Positions 1-13,658 of a DNA stretch of 64,000 nucleotides are shown here, piece by piece; the first letter of the stretch is position 1, and each line of letters opens with the position of its first letter. This stretch comes from Chlorokybus atmophyticus (taxonomy: Eukaryota; Plantae; Mesostigma and Chlorokybus algae), in NCBI GenBank assembly GCA_009103225.1, contig RHPI01000008.1:238015-302014 (forward strand), in the 5' to 3' direction. Under the pieces are notes generated by a model. It was not told the origin of the DNA, ran no database searches, and worked only from the letters and a program-made list of their open reading frames with translations. A program made the translations under genes and the position numbers.

Positions 1-1571
1 TTGTTGTTGTTGTTACTGCCACCAGCGTTATTGCTGTTGTGGGCTCCAGTGTTGTTGCTATTGTAGCAACTGAAGTGGTTGCCAGTGTGGCCCCCAGTGT
101 TGTTGCTGTTGTAGCCACTGAAGTTGTTGGCAGGGTGGTTGTAGCTGTTGGCGGGCCTCAACTCTGGGAACTTGAGCCAGCAGACTGACTCCAGATGACC
201 AATCTTGTGACAGTGGTCGCAAACCAAAGTTGAGTATTCTTCGGTGCACTCCTTTTGGTAGTGCCCATGCCGTCCACAGCGATGACACAGCACAGGGGCA
301 GCAAGTGCAGCATGAGCTGACCGTTTCCCTTTGTCGCGTGCTGGTGGAGCGTCCCGGCCACGGTCGCGGCGAGGAGGCTCAGTTGTCGTGCTGACTACAG
401 GCCGTACGGCGCTGCGGTTGGTGTCCAGCACTGCCTTCTCATACACCAAGCGCTTGTGGATGGCTTGTGCAGTCTCGAAGGCTTCTTTGAGGGTGTAGCC
501 AAGGGGCCTGCTGTAGTTCAGAGTCAGGCGTGTCGACTCGCTCAGAGCAGCATCCAACTCATTGACGTATATTACTGCAGCAGCCTCCTCACTGACAATC
601 TTGTAGTCAGTGTCTTTCAGCAGACCTTCCAGTCTGGAGTATAAGCGGAGGGGATCCTCATTGGGCTTGCGTCGGAAGCGTCTCAGCTCCTCAACCTTGC
701 TGGTGGTCTGAGGAGGGAAGGTACGGCGCAGGGCAGCGTACAGGTCCTTGAGTGGAGAATCAGAGATGGCAGCACCTACGGTGATGGCTGGTGCGCGCAG
801 TGCTACTGACCCGAGGGTGAAAGCGCTGCCTCCTGCACGAGAGCCAGGTGTTGCTGGAGGTAGAGGAGTACCCCACTCTGCGGCTGCCGCTTGCTGTACA
901 GCTCTTTGTTCCTCAATGATGCTGGCAGAACGGTCAAGGATGCGGACTCGACGTGTGGCCTCCTTGGACTCAACTTCTGCAGGGGTCAAGTTGACAAGTA
1001 CCAACTCTGGTTCCTCCTCCTCTGCCTGCTTGAGAGCTGCAGCTATGGTCAAGCCTGTTACTGCAACTGAAGTGGCAGGTGGAATGACACCTGCTGGACG
1101 GTGCAGGGCTGCAGATGCTATGGTGCTGGCAAGCTCGCCATAGCCGTCTACTCGATGCAGTTCAGCAACGGACTTCCAGACATCGTGTGCTTCATGATCA
1201 AGATACTGAGCAGCAATGTGGAAAGAGATCTCATCTGACCAGTCTTTGTTCTTCAGTGCTTGCTGCCGCATCTTGGAGTGGAACTTGATGATGAACTCAT
1301 CCAGCGAGGTGGTGCCGGCACGTCCGGAGAAGCGCAGGGATGTGGTTGAACTGGAAGATTCCATCTCGTTGTCGTCGCTGTCCGATGATAGTGGAGAAGC
1401 TTGATGACGAGGAGTAGAGTGGAGCGGGGTGAAGCTGGAGATGGAGCGCGAGCCTCTGCTGCTGCGGTCGATGCTTCCGTCACTGGTCCGCTCGTAGGTG
1501 AGGTTGGTGGTTGGGCTCCAACTGCTGAGGTCACCCTCGTCTATTGGGGAGAACGGGGTGGGCCTGCTCAT
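1..1571 (-). mobile_element. Retrotransposon Gag ORF, running off the left edge of the window, with two CCHC zinc knuckles
   Basis: My translation of the minus strand is open from ATG at 1571 to base 1; it is absent from the ORF track, presumably because it has no stop in the window. It contains a capsid-like segment (LYAALRRTFPPQTTSKVEELRRFRRKPNEDPLRLYSRLEGLL), then CHRCGRHGHYQKEC and CDHCHKIGHLESVC (CX2CX4HX4C twice), then an Asn/Gly-rich tail. Confidence 0.85.
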
Positions 1572-2646
1572 ACAGCTGGTCCAGAGGTGAAAGGGTAGAG
1601 TGCTTGTGCTCTACCGTCTATCCTGATGCTGTTACCACCCAACACACTAGTGCTTGTGCGCACTATGTGATGACAATGATAACGAATGCCCAGCGATGTA
1701 TCCCTGGGTGCAGACTGAACTATCTGATGCAGATTGCAACACACTCACTTGTGCAAAGAGGGTGACACTGTAAGTCAACAAGCCACTACGATAGGTAGTG
1801 CTGTGGACACAGTTCTTTGCATGAGTGGATAGAATGATACACTGTTAAGTGAGGTGAATGAGTGTGCAACACGTGGATACAACACCCTGACTACTGAAAC
1901 AACACACCACCGTCAAGCTCACAGCAATGGCAGGCACAGCGCACAAGAGCATGCACCGTGTCTCACGCAGTAAGGGAATTCTTGGCAACCGGGGCAGCGT
2001 GCTTCCAGTTCAAGTCGCTTCACAAGCTCTTTAGAAACAGAGTCTTTACTTCTTAGTACTCCTAGTACTCACAGTACTCACTTACAGTGTCACCAGCCAG
2101 TCTGGTGACGTGACTTCCTACTTATACATGTCAAATCATGACTGTGCAGTGCCACGCGGGCACTAGGCCAACGGTCACATCGAGGCCTCATGCTATTTCG
2201 GAAATCTCCTAAGACTCGATATAGCACATGTGTTCTTAACAGACTTGCAACTGATCAGCTACGCGCGGTCCCTACAGACAGGTCTATAAAGTAGCCCTAG
2301 CTACATGCTACATGAGTGATACAGTAGCTAGCAGTAGGCTGGGGCTCGCGCGGTCTTCATGCTGGTAGCCCGGGCTGGGTGTAGGCATGCTTGAGAAGAA
2401 CTGGCATGCGAGGGTGGATGGCATGACAAATGTGACATTAAATAGGCTTGGATAAGTGAATCTACACCCATTGGGACTTATTTAAGCTATGATAAAGCAT
2501 CATAGCCTTTAATAAGCGAGGAACCGTAAAAAAGAGGTATAAATAAGCATATTTAGATACTTATTCATACAGAACGTGTTATTTAGGTAGCAATAATACT
2601 TTTAATATTATTGCTCCCGTTACAGCTCTGCTTGGTATCGCCAACT

Positions 2647-2976
2647 CGCACAGAAGTTGCCTATATTGAGGGAGGTAGCGGCTGGCAATTTGCGCTCGGC
2701 TCAAGAACGCAAAAAGAATGATGATGCCCGCCACAAGACCGTGACCTACAACGTGGGGGACCTGGTGTTTGCCATGATAGTGTGCGTAACCTTAAGGAAG
2801 CGCAAGTATCGCACAGAAGTTGCATATATTGAGGGAGGTAGCGACTGGCAACTTGCGCTCGGCTCAAGAACGCCAAAAGATAAAATCATGATGCCCGCCA
2901 CAAGACCGTGACCTACAACGTGGGGGACCTGGTGTTTGTCATGATAGAGTGCGTGACCTCCAGGAAGCACAAGTAT
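2647..2976 (+). repeat. Tandem duplication of about 163-167 bp within the integrase fragment
   Basis: The unit CGCACAGAAGTTGC...AAGTAT starts at 2647 and again at 2810, with scattered substitutions. Confidence 0.9.
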
Positions 2977-3099
2977 GGGAATGATGGGGTCATTCATCAA
3001 ACTGCCAAATTTAAGCAAAGATGGACAGGTCCTTATGTAGTGTTGAAACGCACCCGCCGCAACACTTACAAGCTTAAGAAGAGGGACTACACAGTGTAA
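2647..3099 (+). mobile_element. Ty3/Gypsy integrase C-terminal (SH3-like) fragment, followed by a putative polypurine tract near 3255-3265
   Basis: NLRSAQERxKKxxDARHKTVTYNVGDLVFV...AKFKQRWTGPYVVLKRTRRNTYKL is typical of the Gypsy post-integrase region. AAAGGAGGGG lies downstream. Confidence 0.75.
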
Positions 3100-6000
3100 A
3101 GCGTGTGTATGCTTGTGCTAATGGATGCCATTCGCATTGTCCACACCATGCATGCTGCTACCATACCCCTTATATACACTAGGTGGGAGGAAGACCACCA
3201 ACATGCAACATGTTTCCAGCATGACGCCTTATTTCGAGCGCAGCTCTCCCTTTTAAAGGAGGGGTAATATAGCGGCGCAATGCTTATTATTAATGTCCTT
3301 ATTAGCGCCGCATTATCAACATGCTCTTAATGAGCCAGCGAGGCCACGCGCCTCAGTAGAATGCACGGTAGATATATTGTATTAGCCAATAGCATGCTTT
3401 GTTTCTCATAAGCTTGTAGTAGCTACACGCCACACTTGTGCCCTATTTAAGCGCGGGCCCTTTCTATTCCAGTAATTCAGTCTTGCTTATTATCACCTGC
3501 TCAGTGTGGCTTGCTATATGCATGTGAGATGCCGCCGTTATAGTGAGTACTGACATTACAAGGATGGGCATGAAGCCCTTGTTCCCTGTTCACTGTGAAG
3601 CCGGCGTCACGCATCACGCCATAGACTTCGTCGCGTAGCGCGTCGTGCGACACCGGCCCATGGGACAATAAAGTAATCATGTAATAGGTGCTCTCCGGAG
3701 TGAGCGGCATGTGGTATGTCGCGGCGTACTTATGCGACTGAGTACCCACCGTACTATTTGTACTGTGTACACGTCAGAGCGGTTATCTAACGTGTTATCT
3801 ACCGGATAAAACCGGTTTTCGCGGTGTGTATATGCTGTAACTGACTGACCCAATAGGACGTAACGATGTAGCGGCGAATGAACGCTTGTTAAAATGCTTA
3901 GCTGCAGTTAAGCAGGCAATTACGCAGGCATTTGTAATCAGTTTAAGATCAACCCGCGGAATATATAAGCGGCAGCCTTAGCTTGTGATGATATCCACTT
4001 TTGGACTGCGCTTTAGCAGCTAAAGTGCCTACTTGATTATGCAAGTAGCGTCCCTAGTATAGAACCTGTGTGGTGTGTGATATAAAAGGGTATGAAATCT
4101 TTTATGTTGTGAATGCTTGTCTTATGCATGTCGCACTATGCATGCCACCAGTAGTGTAACTGGGGATGATTGTAAGTAACTGAGTGTATCTCAGTTGCGT
4201 ATAATAACCCACGCCCGCGTACTTAGCATAGCGGCGTAAATGGCCTACCACAGGCACCCCGCACAAGCAGTGCTGGACGTTGACAAGAAGCGGGTGCAGC
4301 AGACCTGTTGCTAATCGAGGCCGTCGGCGTGCCAAGTTCGCCGGTGGGCAGTTAATCTCCAGATACTTGCGACGGTTCAAGTGACAGTGACTTTCATTGT
4401 CACCGTCACTTGAATAATGCTCGTCGCTCACAACCTTGATCACTCTACTAACGTGAGCCCTGCCAACTTAGTCACAAGCACTTCATGGACTTGTCCCAAG
4501 ACCTTTGAGAGGGAAACACAGTCTTCAGAATCTTAAACAAGTTCCTTATAACTTAGCTTGACTTGACTTGGACACTTGACTTCACTCTTCTTTCTCCTCG
4601 CTTGGCTCGCTACAAATGTCAACGGACTGCGTTTATACACTGGCCTAGCTCTGTTAAACGCGCGCGATAATTACATCTTAGCCAGTCACTTATCACCACA
4701 TGATCAATAACTTTCAATGCATAACCAATACACGATGGGGTCGTAACAAGGAAATGGGTCTTATAAAACCTAGCTACAGGCCATTCTGACTACAGTCTAC
4801 CCGGTGTAATCACACTCTTTTGTATAACACCTGCAGTAATGACAGTTTTCAAATAAACGGATTTACATGTTGCAAAGTATTTCCCTTAGTAATGACTATC
4901 GCACTCGCTGTAAGGACCAATGGCGCCAGTTGGGAGCGTCATTACGAAGAGGGTATAAATAACAGATACGTTGATTAGGGTTTGCCTTTCCATAGCCGCA
5001 ATAGTTGGTGCAAAGCTTGCACCAATCTTGCAAGCACCCAAATGGACCGTTGACTCAATGTAGTGACTAAGTGTCACTGCATAGCAAATATCAATTGACA
5101 TATCTCGCTACAATAATATTATGTCATAAATCGAAGTTATGCGCTCTATTGACAATCGTCGCTTTCTCCATGTATTGAGAATGTATGCTCAAAACATACG
5201 TGATCTCTACATCGAGGGTAGACTGTACGGGTATAATCGGGGAAGGCTATCTTGACTGGCCGCCGAGATCTGACCGCCACAGACCGAGGCGTGTCCTAGA
5301 AACGGCGGGAATTCGGAGCGAGGGGAACGTGGCAAAAACGATAACCACGCCCCCGCCTGGAGTCGCGCCACGTCTGCTGCGGCAGCTGTGGCAGTTGTCT
5401 TGGTCGACGGTCTCTGCGTCGACGGCCGCGCTTAGGTCCTACTGAAGTTTGTGCGCTATCGCGCGCGCCATTGCGGAAATAGGGTAAACCGTCCTAATTT
5501 GGGCGGGCGCCCTAATTTGGGCGATTGCAGTTTTTTGGCCGTCAGATCCGTTAGGGTTATGGATCGCGTTGGGGTAAAGCCTAGGCGGGAGTTTGGAAGC
5601 CCGCAGCAGATCTCGTCGCGGTGGAAAGGCAAATCGCCGACGTCGCCAGAGTTGTCGATGGCGTCGACAAAGGCTGGGGCGGGGCGGTGAAGCGTCGGCG
5701 CAGCTGGTAGGCTGCCGCTGCCCAACCGCCGACATACGCAGCCCATACCGCCGGAACTGATGGGCATCAAGATTTGGGTGGCCACCCGTTCTGCACATCT
5801 TGGAAAAGTCGCAGCCGGCTACGAGGGCACCTGTACCAGGGCGCGTACGCCTTGGAGCGCGCCGTCAAAAAGAGCCACGATGACATACCTTCCTCACTGT
5901 TTTGCATCGGGGCGTTTGGTCCCATATACCACTCGCGGCATGCACTGCTTTGCAATGAGTTTGAACACCTTGCATCGCCAGCGGAACTTGTGCTGACAGG

Positions 6001-7004
6001 TTTGTGCTTACAAGTGACTTTTGGTGGTACAGGAATGATGCGAGAATGCAAGTTATTCGGAAGTGTGCTGCTTGCTAATGCTTGTTGTGGTTGATGGAAT
6101 TTTCGAAATTGGCCATGCTATTGCTGTGCTCTGCTTTGCCTTGCTTGACTCACTGTTATACCCTATGCATCAAAGCAGCTGTTCTCCTGTCGAGTTGTAA
6201 CCTCATCAGGGAACTCATCCGGATATCAATAGTCTGCGCACTGAACTGCATCCTTGGCATTTATCATCACTCCATTGCACAGTCTCAGGGACCCTCCTGA
6301 CTGCAGCCTGACTTGCCTACATCACTAGCGAGTGCAGGCTACCAATGACAATGCTACCTGTCGGCCCAGACATGACCAGTGCACCTCAAAGGCAAATGTC
6401 AGTAGCAAGTTTGTTGACAGGTGGTGTTTCCATAACAATGAACTCACTGACATGCGCTGCTGTGCACGGCTAGCTGCAATGCGTCTCAGCTTGGGCATGA
6501 CTATCGCTTATTCATTTTGCACTGGTCAGACTGCACGGTCACATACCATTCTTGCTCCCGCTGCTAGCACACTTCGAAGCAGCAGAAGCTGTCAACTCCC
6601 TTTGCCAAACGACAACGACAATGACAACAGTGACGGTGATACTCGAAATAAACATCGACCACATGAATCTGCAGGCTCTGGTTCTGGCTTTGCTCCAATC
6701 TCACCCATGGGCCTGGCCACCATGACGTACGCATCAACCCAACAACGCGCGCATACCACGGCCTGATCACCGCAGACTGCTGGGGAGCAGAGCTGATGGA
6801 TGCAGTCTGCTAATATGCTGCAGAAGTTGCAAGTGTGGTCACCACGTTGGCGTCCTCTGGCAGCAGCTGCACAAAACATCATTGGTCAATACTAGTTCTT
6901 GCACAGCTGCCGCCGATGCACGGTATGGAGCATGAATAAAACATCACCGAACAGCGGACTTACGTTCCGGAGGAAGCATCCCCCGAAGCTGCATCTGCAC
7001 GCTG

Positions 7005-9421
7005 CTACTCTCGTTTTGGTATGGTTATCTTTCCCCCTCCAGCAAGGCCAACCATGGCCTGACACAACACAGCCATTTGGTCAGCATAACAATACAAATC
7101 ACTTCTGTGCATGCAAAAATCCAAACGTACTCGTAGCTGCTCCATCTTGGCTTGCTCTGCTGCCTGATATGTGGCCCTATGACCACAACAGCAAGCACGT
7201 TCAATGCAGCATTACAACACCATTGCAATGAACACCTGTGAAAGGCATCCCACTTACAGTCTCTCAGTCATAACTTCTGTGCGCTCGGCTTGCTTCCGCT
7301 CTCGATGCGCCCTTTGCTTTGCAACCCTGTGGCATCGCAAGGTGTGGTTCAAACCTACAACATATATCGATGTAGACCACATATGGGACTGTTGTGGTGC
7401 ATTGCACCTTTGGTGGAAGTCATCACCACCTCCCATCAGATCCGATTGACGCATCACCTCCGGGCTGCAGAACAGACGTGCAGATGTGATACGATAGCCA
7501 AAGATGCCTGTTGAGGACATTACCTGTCCTCCCGTTGGCGGTTGGCTTCACGCCGAGCGGCTTTCTTCTCAAACAAAGCCTCCCTGTTAGCCCAGCGCAA
7601 ACAATATAAATATCAGCGGCCGCTACAATGACATGCAACAGTCGAGCATGACCTGGTGAGCACAAGTTCGTCTCTGATGCCAAGTAAAGCCGCTTAGCTT
7701 GCGCTTACCTGCCCGTAGCCTTGGGAAGCATTTCATCCAGCGCCTGTTACAACGCACATGTCAACATGCACCGGTTACACACTACAGCATGCATGCTGAC
7801 TTATCAACATTTTAACAAGCTCCCACCAGATCTTGTTCCTTTTTCCATTTCTTCTTGTCGCGCTTGTCCATCGCACGAGACGCCTCACGAGCACCCTCCT
7901 CGTCAGCAGGATCTGCAATTCCCGTTTCACAAAAACACTGAACATGTGTAAGTGATCCATAGTACATGTTTGGTGATTCACCATACCAGCATTTGCTCCC
8001 CTGAGGCCTTTCCACACGCCCGCGCCTGTCCGGTCTGCGCTACTCATGCCCGCATAGTACTTGGCTGCAGGAGGGTGAGTGCTGTTCAGCTTGCACGCAT
8101 GCAACACAACAAGGTATGCAAATGTAATGTACTCACATGGAAGTTTGCCGCGGTTCCAGTCGTTGACAAAAGAGCGAAAGTGCTCATGCGTTTGCTCGGA
8201 CGTCAAGTCTGTGAAGAACATCTGCTTGTACTCTTTCAGCCTGCGCAACAGGGCTGCCACTTACTGGCCTTAAAAGGATGGCGCACTAACAAACCATTCA
8301 ATTGACTGATGCGCCCAACCCACCAGGTCGAAAACTCAAGGTTCTTCACAAAGTAATCGTCGTCTGTGATGAGCTCTTCTGGTGGCTTTCCCTGCAGCAG
8401 AAGCGTCCAAGGATAAGGTCGCTGCTTAATGGATGCAATGTGCACACCTGTGCATGCGCGTGTGTGTGCAATGCCTGTACAACAGTATATGCATGCCAGC
8501 GCGCCTGCGGGCTTGTGCGTGCACATGTATATATGCGCGCGTGTGCATACAGGTGATATGGCTACGTATGCGGATACCATGCATTGTCACTGATAGCAGA
8601 ACCTACCATTGGCGGGGCGAGCTGCGAGCCATGCACTGCAAGACAGACAAGGCGTTAATTGCTAACCCCATGCACTATCGACCCACATGGTCTCAGCAAC
8701 TAACATGCCTTCAAGAAACTGTTTGGCTTGTGCAATGAGACGCTTCTGATCATCTCCGTGTCGATCGCCTTCATCTCTTCGCTGCAACTTCTTCCTGCTA
8801 CGTTTCTTATCCTTCTCCTTGTCCTTGTCTTTTTTGCTCCTCTTCTTGTCCTTCTTCTTATCCCTATCCTTGCTCTTGCGCCTGTCCTTCTTCTTCTTTT
8901 TGTCCTTGCCATCCTTATCCTTCTTCCTCTTCAGCTTCTTCCCCCTCTTGTCGTCTTCATCGCTGTCACTATCATCCTCGCTGTCGTCCTCTCTTCTCCG
9001 CTTCTTCTTGCGCTCCTTACTTTTCCCCTTCTTACGCCTGTCTTCTTCTGCATGGGCAATATTACAGTCGACAAGTTGTGAACCAAAGCCCATCTCAAAT
9101 TCGTGTATGTATGATTGATGTATTATACGGGTGCCACCTTGCGGCTCAGCATACGTTGCCAACGCGAAGTTGATTGGTGTAGATGACCACACCAATGCCG
9201 CTTATGAACCGAAACTCTACACGCGCGCATGCATGCGAGCCCATACACACAGCTTCAGTGTCCAGACCTGACGATGTGCTTCTGCTGTCAGAATCGCTGC
9301 TGTCACTGCTGGCTGAGCTGCTGCTTGAGGTGTCGTCCTCGCTGTCGCTGTCGACGTCGCTGCTGCTGTCGCTGCGACGCCTCCGCCGCCGCTTGCTGTC
9401 TTTCCCTCCTTTCTCCTCCAT
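7005..9421 (-). CDS. SCI1: SCI1-like (style cell-cycle inhibitor 1 family) Lys/Arg/Ser-rich nuclear protein, 11 exons
   Basis: Exons join in frame: 9421-9268, 9047-8709, 8635-8607, about 8394-8324, 8240-8137, 8064-7987, 7912-7827, 7743-7709, 7583-7524, 7464-7408, 7326-7258, 7176-7131, 7058-7005 (TAG); this is about 13 segments. Core ITDDDYFVKNLEFSTWLKEYKQMFFTDLTSEQTHEHFRSFVNDWNRGKLPSKYYAG matches the SCI1 motif as I recall it (DDYFxKNxEFxTWLK...FFxDL...F..FV..WN.GKL..YY.G). Confidence 0.8.
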
Positions 9422-10352
9422 AGCTTGCTTGCTTTACTGCTGCCTGCCCTACCAAACAAGCACCTTGCTTGGACACATTACACACACAAACACACACACG
9501 GAAAAGCAAACAACACTAATAAATGTGCTCACAGACAAACAGGCAGAGCAAAGCAGGCTTGGAAGCAAGTGGAAGCAGCGTTCTTTCTGAGTGTTACTTA
9601 CTTGCTTACTTGTGCCCTGATCCTGCTTGCTTTTTCACCAGCCGCAGACGTACGCCGACACCAGCGCCGGCGCCGCCTACTCGACACACAGTCTCATGCA
9701 TTCATTCGTCTCAGCTAGTAAGCAGGTGGCCACTGCTGGGCTTGCCAGAGGTGGAGGCGGAGGCGGAGGCGGTGGTGTAGGAGGAGCGCCAGGCTTGCAG
9801 CAGCGGTGGCATTGGTATCGACAAGTAAATCTGGCTGCGTGGGAAGCTCGGTAGCCGTGCTTGGTTGCTGCGCTGCTTTGCTATCGTCGCAGAGTGCAGA
9901 CAGCCTTAGTATGCTTTGCGCAAGGCATCCTGCATGCAAGCAACACTACGATTCAAGCAGTTCCTCTGCTCTGTTTGTGCGATAGCTGTTTGGATGTGTA
10001 TACAACTACCTTACTTGACTGCTGGTGTGCACGACAAGTTGTTTGGGTGTGCCCCATGTGTACAGTTGTGCAGCTTCGGTTCATTCTGGACTTTCGTGCT
10101 TGCGCCCATACAAAGCTGCCTGCAAGCTTAGCGGCCATTGCCAGCTGCACAACTGTTCAAAAACGCTGCCACGCACACTGTTACTTGCAACACTTGACTC
10201 CAATGTGTTTATCATCGCCTGTTACTGATTGAGTGCTATCTATAGACGTGGCATGCAGACACGGGGCAGCTTATAGTAATTGCGCAACGCCACACTTGAC
10301 ACCTGCAAGCTCATCCGGGCATACATAGGTTTCAGCAGGAGCATTGAACGCG

Positions 10353-12409
10353 ATGGCGGGGCTAAGAAGCCATTGTTTGCGCCGGCTGGGGAACTCATTA
10401 GCCCGGGTAATGACAGCATCGACATGCTTGCCGGTGATGACAGCATCGACATCATCGTCGGTTGCAACGGCACCTGGTTTGCTGCCATCATCATCAGGCA
10501 GGTGGATGCACGTGGCGCCCGCGCAGGACATGGCTGCGGCCGTCATTCATGCCGTTGGTGAGCCCCTACGCATCGAGCGACTTCGCATACCCGTGCCTCA
10601 GGTGCAAACGATGAGTGTATCCATGTGCATATGCCTGCGTGTGTGCATTCTTACGTGTGCGCGCATGTAAGTATGCACATGCATGTGGACATGTGCGTGG
10701 GCGCGTGCGTGGGTTGTTTGTTTGCTTGTTGAGTAGTGGGATGTGTCAAAGGCAGGTGAGGTGTTAATAGAGACAAAGGCGTGCGGCGTGTGTCACACAG
10801 ACCTGCATGTTATCAAAGGCGAGCAGCCATTTCCCTTCCCATGCGTCCTCGGCCATGAAGTAAGAACCTATCAACACATAATGGTGTAGCTCTGGCGTTT
10901 CTTTGGTCGTATCTATGTGTACCCGTTGGCGTGGAGCGTGTTTCAACAGTTGTATACACGCAGGTTACGGGAGAAGTTGTAGAGCATGGGCCTAACACAG
11001 ACCCTGCCACAGTGGAGAGGTATCCAGGTGCTCTTCTGTTGCAAGGATCAACAAGCAGCGCTGCATCACAGTGATGTTGTTGTTTATAGTTGGTGATGTT
11101 GGTGAGTGTCCAGATTGCCAGTGGGCATGCGCGTGGTGAGCGCATTCATCATGCCGTGCGGCGGGTGCTTCTTCTGCCTGCGGGGGCAGGAGGATTTGTG
11201 CGAGACATTCTTCAAGTTCAACCGCGGCAAAGGGACGCTTTACGACGGCACTTCACGCTTATACCGCCGCGATGGTACACTCACCTACACTTGAGTCACA
11301 CATACACATGTACCCATGTAAAGTCTCACCCTCTCTCAACCACTACAGGCACACAAGTGTTTCAGTACAGCATGGGCGGTCTTGCAGAATATTGCGTGGC
11401 TCCGGCTACGTGCGTGGCAGCGTTGCCAGCTGCCTCAAAAGACAATAACAACCTTTACGTGGACGGGGCCGTGCTCGGGTGCGCTGCCTTTACTGCGTAC
11501 GGCGCTCTTCGTAATGCTGCGGATTTCAGAGCTGGCGAGACTATCGCCATCATCGGCACGGGTGGTGTCGGTTCATTGTAAGACGGGACTTGTTGGCTCT
11601 TGTCCATGTGCAAGTGGGACACAAGTACACACAATAACACTTGTTCACCCCTGCGCAATAGTTGTGTGCAGATTGCGAGGGTGTTTGGGGCGGAGCGTGT
11701 GATTGCAGTGGATATCAGTGATGGGAAGCTGGAGGCTGCGCAGGGGCTCGGAGCCACTGATACGGTCAATGCCAAGACTGAAAACGTTGTCGACAAGATT
11801 ATGGTGGGCACACACGCATACACCCTGATGCCACTGCTCTGTTCATTCAGGAAGGTATGACTGGTTTGACGGCTGTGCCCACAGGCGATCACAGGTGGCC
11901 GTGGCGTCGATGTTGCTCTGGAAGCACTCGGCCGGCCAGACACCTTCCAACAGGTATGAGTTTCACACGCACGACACATTATTTGGCACGTACACATACA
12001 CGGTAGGTGTTCAGGCTACATACACAGTCCATATCTATGCTACCTGTAGAAGCGAAGACAACCACAACTCAGTTTACAACATCGCTGCAACAGCGTGCTT
12101 ATATGTCACTCGCAGGCGGTGAAGGCGGTGCGGGATGGTGGCCGCGCGGTGATGGTGGGCATAGCTCCAGTGGGCGTGACCGCCGCTATCGAGATCACGC
12201 GTCTCGTGCGGCGCAAGATCTCCATCATTGGCTCGTACGGGGCGCGTGCCCGTGCGGACCTGCCCGCTGTTGCGCGCCTCGCCGCCTCGGGCGCGATCGA
12301 TGTCAGCAAGGCTGTCACGCAGCGATTTAAACTCGAAGAAGCCGACTGGGCGTACAAGCTGTTGGACAGACATGAGATCACTGGCCGCGCTGTTGTGCAG
12401 ATGCGGTAG
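10353..12409 (+). CDS. Zinc-binding medium-chain alcohol dehydrogenase (GroES-like) with N-terminal organellar, probably mitochondrial, presequence; resembles Arabidopsis AT5G63620/HER2-type oxidoreductase
   Basis: Spliced exons give [15 protein letters not shown] (catalytic Zn), [17 protein letters not shown] (structural Zn) and IIGTGGVG (Rossmann fold). It ends [15 protein letters not shown] at 12409. GT-AG introns keep the frame throughout. Confidence 0.92.
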
Positions 12410-13189
12410 TGCTGTGGTTGCTAGCGTTTGGCACATTTTGACACATTGAGAATGGTGTGCACACATAATGCAACTCTAGCCCTGTTGACTAGCAGCCTGT
12501 TGGCCGGCATTGTAGTATAGCAGTATTTTCGCTAGTCTTTTACATGTGCAGCTGCCCGAGTGGTCGGCATGTTAACAAAAGGAAACCCTGTGAAGTTTGG
12601 TGGACGCATTCTTGATCAATTTACATGCCAAGTACAGTTACTGTACAGATTGCGTCGTATAGTGTTTGCAGCAAGCTTTGCATTGCTCACAGATTGGCCG
12701 CAGACGTGTACACATTCAAGCTTCCAAATGACCTACATGGGAGGCTGAGCTGAAGTACCACGTAAGGCTTGGGATTTCATAGGTATGGTGCGCTTGGGAC
12801 AGTACAGTCAAGGCAGCAACGCCACAACAGCACAAATTAGCAACACGCTCAGCTGCATTGACTGCCTGTACACGTGTGCCCAGCTCGCGTTGCAGTCACA
12901 TGCTCCGCAATCAACATGCAGTGCAACGCCAAGGACAAGCATGTTTTTGAGACACGACAAAAGACTTTATTATACGTTCTTCAGGCGCGGTGTTCCTATA
13001 CAGTGCAGCAGTGCAAGCGTTATCTATACCCCTTCCCGTGCAGCTAATCACTACCCCTTCGTGCAACAAGAAGAAAAGCCTATGTGCATAAGTCCACAGG
13101 TGCGAGGTGCAAAAATTCGCAGCTGTGTCTATCTGTGTGCACCTACCCATCTACCTCCCCCAGTTGGTTTGCGCAGCATCTGGTTGTTG

Positions 13190-13658
13190 CAGCTGCTACG
13201 CAAAACCAACACTAACAGAGCGCCTCCAAGTCCACATGCTCCAGATGTTCGCAATCTTCTTCCAGAATCGGCGCGAGTGGCGTTCTCCTGAAGCAGTGCA
13301 GAGGGTACAGCTGGTCCACCTGAGAGCTGGCGGCGGAGGTGACCTTGATGCTGCCGTCCTCATCATCCACATCCTTATTGCTGCTGTTGTTGCTGTTGCC
13401 GCGAAGGATGGCGTGCCATGCGGAGGCGAGCGTGCGTGCTAGCCAATGCGCGTCTGATCCTTTGGCTGAGGCGATGGAGAGGAGGAGGGGATGATGATGT
13501 TGATGTAGGCTGCCAGTGCCACCTTTGCTGACCTTGCTCTTCTCTGCCTGCCGCCTGTAGGTGATCACCTCCGCCGTGGCGATGCCGGCACAGATCGCCG
13601 CCAGAAAAAAAGCCAGCATAATCATCACAGCTTCCACCCAAGTAGACTCCTCCAACAC
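13190..13658 (-). CDS. Exon(s) of an unidentified small membrane-anchored protein
   Basis: Hydrophobic stretch WVEAVMIMLAFFLAAICAGIATAEVI followed by a low-complexity region and a CAG|GTGGAC donor at 13320. Further splice-like sites occur at 13.85-14.3 kb. No family recognised. Confidence 0.3.

Noticed and set aside
1761-2094. Perfect 15-bp inverted repeat GGTGACACTGTAAGT (1761-1775 and 2080-2094) as MITE or DIRS termini
   Set aside because: No TSD and no second copy; it probably belongs to the leader or LTR of the gag element and cannot be classified.
5480-5530. CCTAATTTGGGCG direct repeat as a DNA-transposon terminus
   Set aside because: No opposite terminus or transposase could be identified.
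5760-6900. Cys-rich and hydrophobic exon-like blocks downstream of the SCI1-like gene; similar blocks at 14.65-15.25, 30.3-31.9 and 37.3-38.4 kb
   Set aside because: Splice-like signals are present, but I could not build a consistent frame or recognise a family.
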